Assembly (NCBI GenBank): GCA_030615855.1
Contig: JAUWYL010000010.1
Span: forward strand, 1 to 37,375
DNA from: a bacterium
GTDB lineage: Bacteria > UBP18 > UBA7526
Direction of reading: 5' to 3'
DNA length: 37,375 nucleotides
A model generated the notes under the pieces. That model ran no database searches. It was not told where the DNA came from and saw only the letters and a program-made list of their open reading frames with translations. The stretch's first letter is position 1, and each line of letters begins with the position of its first letter. Both the position numbers and the translations under genes were made by a program. This document shows positions 27,580 through 37,375 of this stretch, one piece after another.

Positions 27580-27872
27580 TTGAACACAGATTCACACAGA
27601 TTTAATACAGATGGCCACAGATCACAGATATTTGCGCAACTTGGAGAATAGACGCCAGGCAAGCTGGCTAGATTCTTCGCAAGGCTCAGAATACAGAACA
27701 TCAGAGTATCAGAATGAGAATTCAGAAATCAGATTTCAGATTCAATCTGACTTTCTGATATCTGGCCTTCTTTATCTGATATTCTGGTTATCTGATGCTC
27801 TTTTCATTTTGCATTTTGCATTTTGCATGTTTCATTGTTAATTTTGCATTTTTCATTGTTCAATGTTAATTG
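27580..27872. repeat. Composite intergenic repeat module (ACAGAT array, ATCAG/CTGAT hairpin, CATTTTG array)
   Basis: Visible tandem units; the same module order recurs at 30675-30900. Confidence 0.75.
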
Positions 27873-29807
27873 TTACTTAATAGTGGTATATTCCTCTCTC
27901 CTCTTGAAGGGTGTAAAGGGTCTTCCTCCTCCCTCAAAGAAGTAGGGGAAGAATTCCACGAACTGAAGACGAGCGGTATGGACGAATCCTCCTAAGGTAT
28001 TGATGGCAATAACGAAGAGATGTCCCAGAATGAGGATAATAAACATAAATAGATAGCCGATCACCGGGATTTGATGGGCCATCTTGGCGATGAGATTGAC
28101 CACCATGGCCATGGCGCTCGTGGCCAGTCCCAAGGCCATGAGACGGGAATAGGAGAGGATGTTAGAGAGGAAGTCCTTCGATCCATTGAGAATATCGGCC
28201 AACCCCTTTCCCATCTCTAATAACTTTTTCTTCTGAAAGAGGCCAACTAAAATGATCCGAGAGAAGACCCCGAGATAAACAGACCACAGACCTATTCTCA
28301 TTATCATCTCTTCCATTCTTAATCTACCCAAAACAAAGCACAAGATCCCGAGATAGATTACCACCCAAGAGCCTTGGTGGAAGAGGGCTTGAGAAAAATT
28401 CTTATTTTTTAGGTTCTTATACATCTTAACAAGGGTAGCAAACCAAATCTGGATGAAGCCTAAAGAGAGAGCGAGAATAAAGAAGATCATGGGCTCTTTC
28501 AAGGGAATGAAGAGCCTCAACCTTTCTAAGGAAGGGGGGAGTTGTTCCAGTCCAAACCAGCCACCAGTGAATGCTCCGCAGATGACCGCTGCCAAGCCAC
28601 CTAAGATTAATAGCTGGAAGAGTCTCCTTCCAACTTTTATCTTCCATAAGAAGAAGAGGCTTATTAAAACAAGGATTATCCCATAGCCAGCATCTGTCAG
28701 GCAGAGACCGAAGAAGAGAAAGAAAAAGGGAGCAAAAAGTGGTGTAGGATCGACCTCCCAGTACCTGGGAGCGCCATAGAGATTGGTGACAAACTCGAAA
28801 GGTCTAATTACCCTTCTATTCTCCAAAGCAATGGGAACCCTTTCTCCAGGAGAGGGGTCTTTGGTAATAACTTCGATCTCCTTAAATCTTTTCTCTAAAG
28901 CGGACTTTAATCCTTTGACATCCTCTTTTCTTATCCAGCCGGCAATGCGAAATGTTCCATAGGTCTGGCTGAAGGAGTTCTGGATGTCCCTCTGGGCCTT
29001 GAGGTTAGTAAGATAATCGTATAGTGCGACTACTTTTACCTTTGACTTCTTTAAGAGGGCCTTGCCCTTGGTAATGAGTTCTTCTCTCTCCCTTTCTGCT
29101 TTTACCAATCTCTCATCAATGAAAGAGTTGAGCTGAAAGGGAGTGATACCCAGCTTGGGATAGAGAACCCTCTCAAAGTTGTATCCCTTTAAGGTCTCGT
29201 TTACTTTTTGATTATTCTCTTTCAAATGGATTAGAAGGATGTACCTCTTGACCTTGCTTTCGCTTATTATCTTAAAGGAGAGATGCTCCTCTGTTACCTT
29301 CTTTAAATCCTTCAGTAAATTCTCCATCATGCGGAAGGATATGGCACCAAGAATAACTTCTGTCTTCTCTGTGGGACGGACATCGGAGAGGAGCATATCG
29401 AGACCCAGCCAGGGGAGGACCTCCTCCCTCCAGCTATGGAGTTTTCTGAAAGTATGTTTCAGCCTATTTAAGCGCTTCTCCAACCTCTGGCACTTCTCAT
29501 AGACCTCCTGGTAATTAAACTCTTTGGTAACCTTCTCAAATTCTTTCCTGGATAAGGAAAACTTCGGCTTGACAAAACTCTCTAATATTCCTTTCTTCTC
29601 TTCAAATCTGGAGAGGAACTTAAGGATATAGGTGAGACTTCCTAATTCCTTCTCAATGTCCCTTTCTTCTTCAACAGGAAGGGAGACCTTCTCTTCTCTG
29701 ATATCCACTATCTGGACTAATCCTCTATCCTGCAGGTATTTTACTATTTCTTTCCGGTGCTCCTTATAAGTGATGATGTCTATCTTTTGTATGGGTGTTA
29801 TAGCCAT
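27873..29807 (-). CDS. ntpI: V/A-type ATPase subunit I (a)
   Basis: EVDPTP, FFG....DAGYG, LSYSRLMALGL, H..RLQFVEFF..FFEGGG. Confidence 0.96.
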   Translation of the reverse strand: MAITPIQKIDIITYKEHRKEIVKYLQDRGLVQIVDIREEKVSLPVEEERDIEKELGSLTYILKFLSRFEEKKGILESFVKPKFSLSRKEFEKVTKEFNYQEVYEKCQRLEKRLNRLKHTFRKLHSWREEVLPWLGLDMLLSDVRPTEKTEVILGAISFRMMENLLKDLKKVTEEHLSFKIISESKVKRYILLIHLKENNQKVNETLKGYNFERVLYPKLGITPFQLNSFIDERLVKAEREREELITKGKALLKKSKVKVVALYDYLTNLKAQRDIQNSFSQTYGTFRIAGWIRKEDVKGLKSALEKRFKEIEVITKDPSPGERVPIALENRRVIRPFEFVTNLYGAPRYWEVDPTPLFAPFFFLFFGLCLTDAGYGIILVLISLFFLWKIKVGRRLFQLLILGGLAAVICGAFTGGWFGLEQLPPSLERLRLFIPLKEPMIFFILALSLGFIQIWFATLVKMYKNLKNKNFSQALFHQGSWVVIYLGILCFVLGRLRMEEMIMRIGLWSVYLGVFSRIILVGLFQKKKLLEMGKGLADILNGSKDFLSNILSYSRLMALGLATSAMAMVVNLIAKMAHQIPVIGYLFMFIILILGHLFVIAINTLGGFVHTARLQFVEFFPYFFEGGGRPFTPFKRREEYTTIK

Positions 29808-29957
29808 CTGGCATCTCCTATTAGGAGATTTCGTTTACCGTTGAGCGGTGCGTTTTACTTACCCCGCTGGTGAATAGCTGCTATTCAATTTGCCCGTCCC
29901 GACAGCCGTCGGGACTGTTTACCGTTAACCGTTTTTTATCGTACACCGTAAACCGTT

Positions 29958-29987
29958 CCAGCCAGAGGCTGGTCCGCCTTTGGCGGA
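29958..29987. repeat. REP-like double hairpin
   Basis: CCAGCCAGAGGCTGG-TCCGCCTTTGGCGGA embedded in AACCGT repeats. Confidence 0.7.
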
Positions 29988-29999
29988 AACCGTAAACCT

Positions 30000-30311
30000 T
30001 TATTTAACGATCTCCCGTGCAATAAAAGAGGCGGCCTTCTTCATCCTTTTTCTGGCCGCTTTCTTTATCTTCTCTCTCTCTTTTAAGGACTTCTTCTTTA
30101 TTTCCTGGGCTTCCTTATTTGCCGTCTCTCCTTCCTTTTTAACTAATCTATCTCCTTCTTCCCGTGCTTTTACTTCTGTCTCTTTTAATAACTCCCCTGC
30201 CTTCTCTTGAGCTTCCTTTATCCTCTTAATGCTTTTTTCCTTTGCCTCTTCCAAGGCCTTGGCGCAAGCAGCCTCTTTCTCCTTTATCTTTTTAATCGCT
30301 TCCTCAACCAT
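30000..30311 (-). CDS. V/A-type ATPase subunit G/H (peripheral stalk)
   Basis: 103 aa K/E/A-rich coiled coil; first gene of the operon. Confidence 0.85.
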   Translation of the reverse strand: MVEEAIKKIKEKEAACAKALEEAKEKSIKRIKEAQEKAGELLKETEVKAREEGDRLVKKEGETANKEAQEIKKKSLKEREKIKKAARKRMKKAASFIAREIVK

Positions 30312-30459
30312 TAGCTAAGCCTCACTCCGTTCGGCAAGACACAGATTCAAACAGATGTAAGTAGATTCATGCGGATTTAGTTCTAACCACTTTTTCCGTT
30401 TGCATCCGTTGCCATCCGTCTGAATCCCTTCTTCATAATTTATTGAGATTCCGATGCTT

Positions 30460-30678
30460 CTAGCCGGTTTTCCTCTTGAGGTCATGGAACCATATTCTAT
30501 AGCAGCCCCTTATCCTGAGGCAACTGGCACAATCAATGGACTTTGCCCATTTGAGATGGTAACAAGAAGGCTTCTCTATAGGATGGGCTCTATCCCTCTT
30601 TCTTCTCTTTCCATGGGATATCCCCTTTGGCCACTTAGCCTTCCCTCTCTTAGGTTTCATCCCTTTTCTCCCAACCAC
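30460..30678 (-). CDS. Small basic protein with CYHLKW-x-KSIDCxxCxxIRxCY motif (paralog 2; start uncertain)
   Basis: Motif shared with 30903..31100. Confidence 0.65.
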   Translation of the reverse strand: MVGRKGMKPKRGKAKWPKGISHGKRRKRDRAHPIEKPSCYHLKWAKSIDCASCLRIRGCYRIWFHDLKRKTG

Positions 30679-30900
30679 AGATCATCACAGATTTATTATC
30701 CCAAAGGGATCCCTTCGGGACAGATTGACACAGATTATTCTGGATAAAGCATATCAGGATATCAGTAAATCAGTTGGCAGAATATCAACCTGTCAGATAA
30801 AATTTTCTACCTGATATCCTGATCTTCTGATACTCTTCCTACTGGTATTCTGGTAATCTGATACTCTTTTCATTTTGCATTTTAAATTTTGCATTGATGT
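30675..30900. repeat. Composite intergenic repeat module, second copy
   Basis: CACAGAT array, ATCCCAAAGGGATCCCTTCGGGA palindrome, ATCAG/CTGAT hairpin, CATTTTG array. Confidence 0.72.
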
Positions 30901-30902
30901 TT

Positions 30903-31100
30903 TTAGTCCCCCCTCTTCCTTTCCTTCACCTCATGAATCATTACTGCATAGCAATTCCTAATATGGCCGCAGGTAGTGCAGTCAATACTCTTTCCCCACT
31001 TAAGATGATAACAGTCCTTTCTCTCTACCTCACTTAGAGGCCCTTTCTTTTCACCCTTCTTCCTCTCTTCAAGATATCGAAAGGCATCTGCCTTACGCAT
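30903..31100 (-). CDS. Small protein with CYHLKW-x-KSIDCxxCxxIRxCY motif (paralog 1)
   Basis: GAGGAG RBS directly after the NIL-ferredoxin stop; motif shared with 30460..30678. Confidence 0.72.
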   Translation of the reverse strand: MRKADAFRYLEERKKGEKKGPLSEVERKDCYHLKWGKSIDCTTCGHIRNCYAVMIHEVKERKRGD

Positions 31101-31109
31101 ATCTACTCC

Positions 31110-31520
31110 TCAGAACTTTATTTCCATTGCTCGATAGGGGCAGGCCTTGATGCATAGTTCACAGACAATGCACTTCTTCTTATCAAAAGAGACCTTACGT
31201 GTCTTGGGGTCTACAGTAAAGGCCTGGGTAGGACAGATGGCAATACAGGCCCCACAGTGGGTACATCTAGCCTCAATCCATCTGATATCCTGGGCAAGGG
31301 GCTCGATCCTTATTCCCAGGTCTTTCAAAAACTTGATCCCTTTATTGAGGTTTTTTCTTTCCCCTTCTATCTCAAGGACCAGCCGTCCCTCCTCCCGGGG
31401 AGTGACCCGAGCCTTTAAAATATTGAAGACCAATCCATAGTCCTTCACCAGATGATAGGTAATCGGCTTATCAACTAAGGAATGAGGAAAGGTCAGGACT
31501 ACTCTTTTCTTTCTTACCAT
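31110..31520 (-). CDS. NIL-domain 2x[4Fe-4S] ferredoxin (MA1822-like partner of DUF39)
   Basis: N-terminal NIL domain (FNILKA), CTHCGACIAICP and CIVCELCIKACP. Confidence 0.9.
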   Translation of the reverse strand: MVRKKRVVLTFPHSLVDKPITYHLVKDYGLVFNILKARVTPREEGRLVLEIEGERKNLNKGIKFLKDLGIRIEPLAQDIRWIEARCTHCGACIAICPTQAFTVDPKTRKVSFDKKKCIVCELCIKACPYRAMEIKF

Positions 31521-32900
31521 TTAAGTACTCCTCCTCTTTTTCGCTTCTGCCTTTTTCTTATACTCCTTCTCCCAGATGGGATCCGCCACCTTCTTCCATT
31601 CCCGGGCATAATCGTCCAGCGAAGGGGCAAGGTCATTGATAATGTGCTCTGCCCCTTCATATGTAGGATGGGCTTTCGCCTCCTTCACCACTTCTCTTAG
31701 GATCCAGGGGTGGTCGTGCAAGGGACAGGGGCGGAGGAAGTTATCACAGAAGGGCATCCGGGAACGAAGGGCTCTGAAGTAGGGAGAGTTTATTGCCTCT
31801 TTTAAAGATTTTTCTTTGATATTATCCGTAGCAAAGTGCAAAAAGACGCAGGGCTCCACCTTTCCCTGATTATTGATATGAAAGTACTTTCTCCCGGCAG
31901 CCATACATCCTCCCACGATCTGCCCCTCATTGAAGAAGCTGGCCAAAAGGATGGGCTTCGTTCCCCGATAGTAATTTATTTTATCTAAGAGTTCCTTCCT
32001 CTGCTGGGTATTGGCCATGAGTCCCATATGGGGATGACGGCCGATGGGAACATAGGAGAAGTACCAGCCCAAGATACAACCTTTCTCTATGAGCATATCT
32101 ATGAACTCCTCGCTGGTGACCACATCAGCATTCCTCCTAGTATGGGTAACAGAGAAGCCAAATAAGACCCGGTTCCCCTTCAGGATATCCATGGCCTCCA
32201 TCACCTTATCGAAGACCCTTTCCCCCCTTCTCTCATCCGTCTCCTTCTTGAATCCTTCCAGACTCAGGATGGTGAGGACATTCCCTACTTTGAGAAGACG
32301 CTTGGCAAAGGTCTCATCGATCATGGTCCCATTGGTGTAGACCATGAAGGCAGTCTCTGGATGCCGGGCAAAGATATCGAATAAGTCCTCTCTTAAGAAG
32401 GGCTCCCCACCGATGACCACCACATAATAACTACCCATCTGGTTAGACTCTCTTATTACCCGGTCGATAACTCCGGCATCCAGGTCTTCTTTCTTAGAGT
32501 AATTCCCGGCATAGCATCCGTGGCAATGGAGGTTACACCTCATGGTGGGACTGATGGCGAAGAATCCTGGAGGATAGAAGCCGTTCTCTTCACTGAACTT
32601 CTTCCTCTCATTGGACCCTTTGAGCATCTGATTGATGACAAAGGCCTTGATGATTCTCTTGCGGTGATGGGGGTGGCTGAAATTGATGATGCGTCTGGTA
32701 ATCTCTAAGATGGGATGGCCCATCCTGTATAGTCTCCTTATTTTCCTAATCCAAACCAGATAATGCTTCCTCTTGGTGATTCTTTCTGTCAAGTAGGTGA
32801 GGCGCATAATATTTTTCTCTGGATTCCTCGCCAAGAGAGTGAGGAAGGCATTTATCGCCTGAGTCAGGGTATAGCTCTTAATCTTCTCTAAATACTTCAT
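31521..32900 (-). CDS. Radical SAM protein with SPASM/twitch domain
   Basis: CNLHCHGC, GGEP, GGCMAAGRKYFHIN..G.VEPC, RPC. Confidence 0.9.
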   Translation of the reverse strand: MKYLEKIKSYTLTQAINAFLTLLARNPEKNIMRLTYLTERITKRKHYLVWIRKIRRLYRMGHPILEITRRIINFSHPHHRKRIIKAFVINQMLKGSNERKKFSEENGFYPPGFFAISPTMRCNLHCHGCYAGNYSKKEDLDAGVIDRVIRESNQMGSYYVVVIGGEPFLREDLFDIFARHPETAFMVYTNGTMIDETFAKRLLKVGNVLTILSLEGFKKETDERRGERVFDKVMEAMDILKGNRVLFGFSVTHTRRNADVVTSEEFIDMLIEKGCILGWYFSYVPIGRHPHMGLMANTQQRKELLDKINYYRGTKPILLASFFNEGQIVGGCMAAGRKYFHINNQGKVEPCVFLHFATDNIKEKSLKEAINSPYFRALRSRMPFCDNFLRPCPLHDHPWILREVVKEAKAHPTYEGAEHIINDLAPSLDDYAREWKKVADPIWEKEYKKKAEAKKRRST

Positions 32901-32954
32901 CGTAAATCTCTTTATCTGCGTTCATCTGCGTTTTGATCTGCGGCCATCTGCGTT

Positions 32955-34109
32955 TCAGGGGAGAGGAGCAACAGGCTCTGTCAAGAGGAACTTCTTCCTC
33001 CTTATCCAATCCTTCAAGATATTAGCAATTTCCCTCGCCTTAGCATAGCTCGATAGACTGGAAGTAGGAACCTCCTTCCCTCTTATTCTAATAGAGCCTG
33101 AGCGAAGTTGGGCATAGCTCACCTCTTTTATAATGGTCTCCTTGCCCAGAGGATAGGCCTTGCTATAATCGATGACCGGGGCATATATCTGGGAATCCTC
33201 TACCGCAGTGAACCTCAGTATCCTTTCATTCAAGATAGGTATCGGTATTCCTATCCCTACCGTCAAGGTAGCTCCATACCCGGTAAAGGAAGTCCCTCTT
33301 AGCCACTTGGGGCTCATCTTCTTCAGATTCCCGATTAGGGCCAGAGTCCCGGCGGGCGATCTTGGAATACCTTTAGAAGTTCTCTTCACCCTTGGGTTAT
33401 GCTGGGTTCCGCTAAAGGCAACATAACCTATTCCTCCTCCTAAGAAGATCCTGGTTCCGATGCCTATGGTCTCATAGTAAGGATCGTTAAAGAGAGGGCT
33501 CAATTGGCCAGCGGAACAATAATTGGCATTCCCTAATCTGGGCTGCAGAACGCCCATATAGGTATAGATTACTCTATCTGATAGGTTAACCGCCACATTG
33601 TAATTCTGATAGACATTCCTGGGATTATAGAGAATGGCCTTATCCAAATCTCTTATATTAATCTTGGTCTCTAGTTCCTTTTTAGGATAGCAGTCCGTTC
33701 CATAGCCTGAGGCCTTTAGCCTGATATCCTTCCCTGCTACCAGTTCCTCTATGACATGTCCTCCTCCATACCTGAACTCCCCAGGATAGACCCTATTGCG
33801 GGGATCGTCATCTGGTAAAGCGCTGGCACCCAGATAGAGGTCTACCGCTGCCAGACCTCCATAGGCCGGGACATCATTGAGATAGACCTTACCCCCTCCT
33901 ACCTTAATCTTTGGTTTGGTATGGCCGAAATTGATAAAGACACCACTTGAACACATGGGTCCAAAGGTAGCGGTAGTCACCACATCCACCTCTCTGGCAC
34001 ACCTCTTCATTCCTCTTTTCTTCACTAAATCTATGATCTCCTCTGCAGTGACTACTACCGCTTTGCCCCTCTTTATCTTCTCATTTATCTTCTTTATGGT
34101 CTTGGCCAT
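32955..34109 (-). CDS. DUF39 homocysteine biosynthesis protein (aspartate semialdehyde sulfurtransferase, MA1821/MJ0100-like, no CBS domains)
   Basis: VDVVTT.TFGPMCSSG, YGGGHVIEEL, NPRN.YQNY, SAGQLSPL.NDP, GTQHNP. Confidence 0.92.
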   Translation of the reverse strand: MAKTIKKINEKIKRGKAVVVTAEEIIDLVKKRGMKRCAREVDVVTTATFGPMCSSGVFINFGHTKPKIKVGGGKVYLNDVPAYGGLAAVDLYLGASALPDDDPRNRVYPGEFRYGGGHVIEELVAGKDIRLKASGYGTDCYPKKELETKINIRDLDKAILYNPRNVYQNYNVAVNLSDRVIYTYMGVLQPRLGNANYCSAGQLSPLFNDPYYETIGIGTRIFLGGGIGYVAFSGTQHNPRVKRTSKGIPRSPAGTLALIGNLKKMSPKWLRGTSFTGYGATLTVGIGIPIPILNERILRFTAVEDSQIYAPVIDYSKAYPLGKETIIKEVSYAQLRSGSIRIRGKEVPTSSLSSYAKAREIANILKDWIRRKKFLLTEPVAPLP

Positions 34110-34134
34110 TTCTTGAACCTCTCTATAGTCTCTT

Positions 34135-34390
34135 TATTAGTAATCAGTGATCGGTGACCAGTACCTCGCTATCGCTCGGAGTAAGAAAGTATCAAAGTAG
34201 GAAAGTAATGGCTGGGAATGGGTAGTAAGTAGTGAGTCGGGTAGTGAGTAGTGGGGGTGGGGTAAAGAGACCTCACAACTCACCCCCACAACTCGACTCA
34301 CAACCCATAACTCACCCTCATCCTTTGCTGTTACTCTCTTACTCTTCTTCTCTTCTACTTCTCTACTTTTCTATTGGTTACTGGTTACTA
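34135..34390. repeat. Intergenic degenerate heptamer repeats arranged as a long inverted hairpin
   Basis: G-rich GAGT/GGGT units mirrored by ACTCAC/ACCC units, followed by TGGTTAC units overlapping the cysK stop. Confidence 0.65.
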
Positions 34391-35307
34391 CTGAAGAGTT
34401 CAGTGCTCAGGTATCTCTCTCCAGTATCTGGTAAGATAACAACGATTAACTTTTCCTTATTCTCTTTTCTCTTCCCCACCTCTAAGGCAGCATGGACAGC
34501 AGCACCAGATGATATACCGGCCAATATCCCTTCTTCCTTTGCCAGTCTCCTGGCCATTTTAAAAGCCTCTTCATCGCTCACCTGGAAGACCTCATCAATC
34601 AATGACCTATCCAGAACCTTGGGGATGAATCCCGCTCCGATTCCCTCGATCCTGTGGGAACCGGGCTTACCACCCGAGAGAACATTAGAAGAGGAAGGTT
34701 CGACAGCAATTACTTTAATCCCTAGCTTCTTTTTCTTTAGATAGCGGGAGGTGCCAGTAATTGTCCCTCCCGTTCCCGCTCCTGCTACTAAGATATCTAT
34801 CTTCCCTTGAGTATCTTTCCAGATTTCTGGTCCGGTGGTTCTTGCATGGGCTAAAGGATTGACTGGGTTCTCAAACTGATTCAGAATAAAGGAATCTGGG
34901 TTCTCCTTCGCCAATTCTCTTGCCTTTTCTATGGCTCTCTTTATCCCCTTCTCCTTCGGGGTTAAGACTATCTCCGCCCCCAGGAAGGAGAGAATCTTCT
35001 TCCTCTCTTCACTCACGTTCTCAAGCATGGTGAGGATCAGTCTATAGCCACGGGAAGCAGAGAGAGAGGCTAAAGCAATGCCTGTATTACCACTGGTAGC
35101 CTCAATGAGGGTTGTTTTCCCTGGGGTAATCCTCCCTTCCTTCTCTGCCTCATCAATCATGGCCACCCCGATCCTATCCTTTACGCTCCCTAAAGGGTTG
35201 AAGGACTCCAACTTGGCCACTATCTCGGCTTCTAATCCTTCAGTTATTCTATTCATCCTCACTAAGGGTGTCTTGCCAATGGTCTTAGTTATATCAGAGT
35301 AGATCAT
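34378..35307 (-). CDS. cysK: Cysteine synthase A
   Basis: SVKDR PLP lysine, [27 protein letters not shown]. Confidence 0.96.
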   Translation of the reverse strand: MIYSDITKTIGKTPLVRMNRITEGLEAEIVAKLESFNPLGSVKDRIGVAMIDEAEKEGRITPGKTTLIEATSGNTGIALASLSASRGYRLILTMLENVSEERKKILSFLGAEIVLTPKEKGIKRAIEKARELAKENPDSFILNQFENPVNPLAHARTTGPEIWKDTQGKIDILVAGAGTGGTITGTSRYLKKKKLGIKVIAVEPSSSNVLSGGKPGSHRIEGIGAGFIPKVLDRSLIDEVFQVSDEEAFKMARRLAKEEGILAGISSGAAVHAALEVGKRKENKEKLIVVILPDTGERYLSTELFSSNQ

Positions 35308-35945
35308 CTCTTCTTTTCTAATCTCTTTACTCTCTTCTCTAACTTCTCCTGCTTCTCTAAGAGGATATTCACCGCCTCTGCTACTGGATCAGGAAGTCTT
35401 CCATGCTCCAAGTCAATTCTAGGTTTCACCTTGGGTCTTTCCACTGTTCTTCCCGGAACACCGACCACTACCGCTCCCGAGGGGACATCCTTCACTACCA
35501 CAGAGCCAGCACCGATCCGCGCTCCCTCACCAATCTCTATGGCTCCCAGGACAATGGCATCCGCACCCACTACCACCTTATTCCTGATGGTGGGATGCCT
35601 CTTCCCCTTCTCCTTCCCTGTTCCTCCTAAGGTTACTCCCTGATAGAGAAGGACATCATCCCCTATTTCAGTCGTCTCACCGATGACCACTCCCGAGCCA
35701 TGATCGATAAAGAACCTTCTTCCGATCCTCGCCCCAGGATGGATCTCAACATCTGTCAAGTGGCGACTGATGTGGGAGATAATCCTTCCCAAGAAGCGCA
35801 TTCTATGGTTCCAGAAGAAGTGGGCTATCCGATGGAGCCAGAGGGCATGGAGACCAGGATAGCAGAAGAGAACCTCTAAGAGATTCCTTGCTGCTGGATC
35901 CTCATCAAAGACCGTCCTGATATCCTCAGCTATTCTTCTAAACAC
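35304..35945 (-). CDS. cysE: Serine O-acetyltransferase
   Basis: DPAA, YPGLHA, EIHPGA.IG, FIDHG.GVVIGET, KRHPT. Confidence 0.96.
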   Translation of the reverse strand: MFRRIAEDIRTVFDEDPAARNLLEVLFCYPGLHALWLHRIAHFFWNHRMRFLGRIISHISRHLTDVEIHPGARIGRRFFIDHGSGVVIGETTEIGDDVLLYQGVTLGGTGKEKGKRHPTIRNKVVVGADAIVLGAIEIGEGARIGAGSVVVKDVPSGAVVVGVPGRTVERPKVKPRIDLEHGRLPDPVAEAVNILLEKQEKLEKRVKRLEKKR

Positions 35946-35994
35946 TTATCTCTCCTTACATAAAAACATATTTTATCATAATTTCTTAGTTAAC

Positions 35995-36768
35995 TCAAAG
36001 TCTTTTTATGATTGACTGGGCGACCTTCTTCCCGGAGAGAAGCATCCCTCCGAATATGGGACCCATCCTGGGACCACCGAAGACGGCATTGGCTGCCATG
36101 CCTGCCACATATGCTCCAGGATAGAACTCCTTGGTATTCTTAACGATGGCCTTCTCACCGACATCGGCCCACATGGGCTCCTCTCCCACAATTCCTCCTG
36201 TTCTGGTCTTTAATCTTGTTCCCAGTTTCCTTTGAATAATACTTGCTACCTCACAGTCATGGCCCGTAGCATCTACTATAAACTTTGCCCTGACGGTCAT
36301 GGGATCAACATGGAGATTTGCCAATTCCACGCTACTCCAGTTTAGGACAAAGCCCGTTACCCTATTCTGCCTCATCTCAACATCCTCAATGCTCATGAGA
36401 TTAAATACCTGGGCCCTAGCCTTGACCGCCTTAGAAGCCAAAGTAGTCACAGCCTCAATGGCATCCGCCACATAGTATCCCTTCTTATATTCTTTATTTC
36501 TAATTCCGAACTCATCTAAGATCTTTTTGCCTTCAGAGCAGACCACGATGCTATTGAACATCATTCCTCCGCCCCACATGCCGCCACCAATAGATAACTT
36601 CCTCTCAAATAGAGCCACCTTCTTCTTTGCCTTTGCCAGATAATAGGCAGCGCAGAGGCCCGCCGGTCCTCCACCAGCAATGGCCACATCAGAGGATAGA
36701 TAATCCCTGAACTTCTTGGTAAAAGTCTCTATAATGGCTTCGGTTATGATGATCTCATCCAGTTTCAT
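35995..36768 (-). CDS. thi4: Sulfide-dependent thiazole synthase Thi4 (non-Cys type)
   Basis: [40 protein letters not shown]. Confidence 0.93.
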   Translation of the reverse strand: MKLDEIIITEAIIETFTKKFRDYLSSDVAIAGGGPAGLCAAYYLAKAKKKVALFERKLSIGGGMWGGGMMFNSIVVCSEGKKILDEFGIRNKEYKKGYYVADAIEAVTTLASKAVKARAQVFNLMSIEDVEMRQNRVTGFVLNWSSVELANLHVDPMTVRAKFIVDATGHDCEVASIIQRKLGTRLKTRTGGIVGEEPMWADVGEKAIVKNTKEFYPGAYVAGMAANAVFGGPRMGPIFGGMLLSGKKVAQSIIKRL

Positions 36769-36809
36769 TTCTCGCTCCTTTCAGTCACTCGTGTCCAAAG
36801 TCCAATGTC

Positions 36810-37375
36810 CTATGTCTGATGTTGACTTTGGACTTTGGACTTTTTTAGTTCTTTTAAGACACCTTTGCGAATTTCCTGGACCTTGGGAAGTTTAGTGACT
36901 AACCTTCCCCTTCTCATTAATGGTCTAATCAACCCTTCAAACCTTCCTCCACAGGAGCATCTGATGAGTCTCTTGTTGGCCAGAGTAATCTCTCTCTTTC
37001 CGCACTTAGAACATCGCCAAAGCTGTTTTTTACCCGATAACTTTCCCCTCTTGGCAAAGAGCTTTCTCTCGATCTCAACGATATCTAAAGAGAAGTCAAT
37101 TACTCTGGCATTGCTTATTGCTGTCCCCACACCATAGGCATCGGCACATGGGTTTAGTTTCAGAATCTCATCCTCATCCATTCCTCCGCTTAAGAATAAT
37201 TTTACATCCTTAAATCCCCTCTGATCTAACTCCCATCTCACCTCTTCTAGTAGTCTTAAGAAGTCTCCTCTCCTCGACCCCGGAGTATCAAGCCTTACAG
37301 CAAAGAGATTTTTTCCTAGGGCCTTAGCCACTTTTAGGGCTTCAAACTTCTCATCCCCTAAGGTATCGATTAATG
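36810..37375 (-). CDS. pncB: Nicotinate phosphoribosyltransferase, C-terminal part (5' end outside the window)
   Basis: The frame stays open to the window edge: LIDTLGDEKFEA..., VRLDTPGSRRG, SGG, YGVGT, AKRGKLSG.KQ. Confidence 0.9.
   Translation of the reverse strand, partial: LIDTLGDEKFEALKVAKALGKNLFAVRLDTPGSRRGDFLRLLEEVRWELDQRGFKDVKLFLSGGMDEDEILKLNPCADAYGVGTAISNARVIDFSLDIVEIERKLFAKRGKLSGKKQLWRCSKCGKREITLANKRLIRCSCGGRFEGLIRPLMRRGRLVTKLPKVQEIRKGVLKELKKSKVQSQHQT

Noticed and set aside
27611-27841. 76 aa plus-strand ORF between subunits I and K
   Set aside because: It is a translation of the composite repeat module (SE.Q and LHFAF periodicity).

Overview
A 37.4 kb bacterial chromosomal segment. 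Every credible gene lies on the minus strand, and the gene content suggests an anaerobe. In transcription order (right to left) it holds: partial pncB, non-Cys thi4, cysE-cysK, a DUF39 homocysteine synthase with a radical SAM gene and a NIL-ferredoxin, two small paralogous Cys-motif proteins, a complete Na+-type V/A-ATPase operon (H/G-I-K-E-C-F-extra gene-A-B-D), nadE, rsmI, an ~8 kb array of variable membrane/TPR/lipoprotein genes, a MobB-like gene, a HAD phosphatase, a tupABC-moeA operon under a P3-less Moco/Wco riboswitch, an AT-rich HEPN plus membrane gene pair, a GH94 phosphorylase and a partial DPY19/STT3-like GT-C glycosyltransferase. The most striking unexplained structure is a ~25-35 bp direct repeat (minus strand GAACTAAAATCCAAAGGGAAATGA). 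It occurs 8 times at gene junctions of the 10.7-18.1 kb array, supplying stop codons, RBSs and start codons, so the region looks like a cassette array with no recombinase in the window. Many other intergenic regions carry degenerate ~7-9 bp tandem repeats, often as long inverted hairpins, plus REP-like palindromes, one of which sits in frame inside ATPase subunit A. All family assignments come from motif recognition, not database searches.
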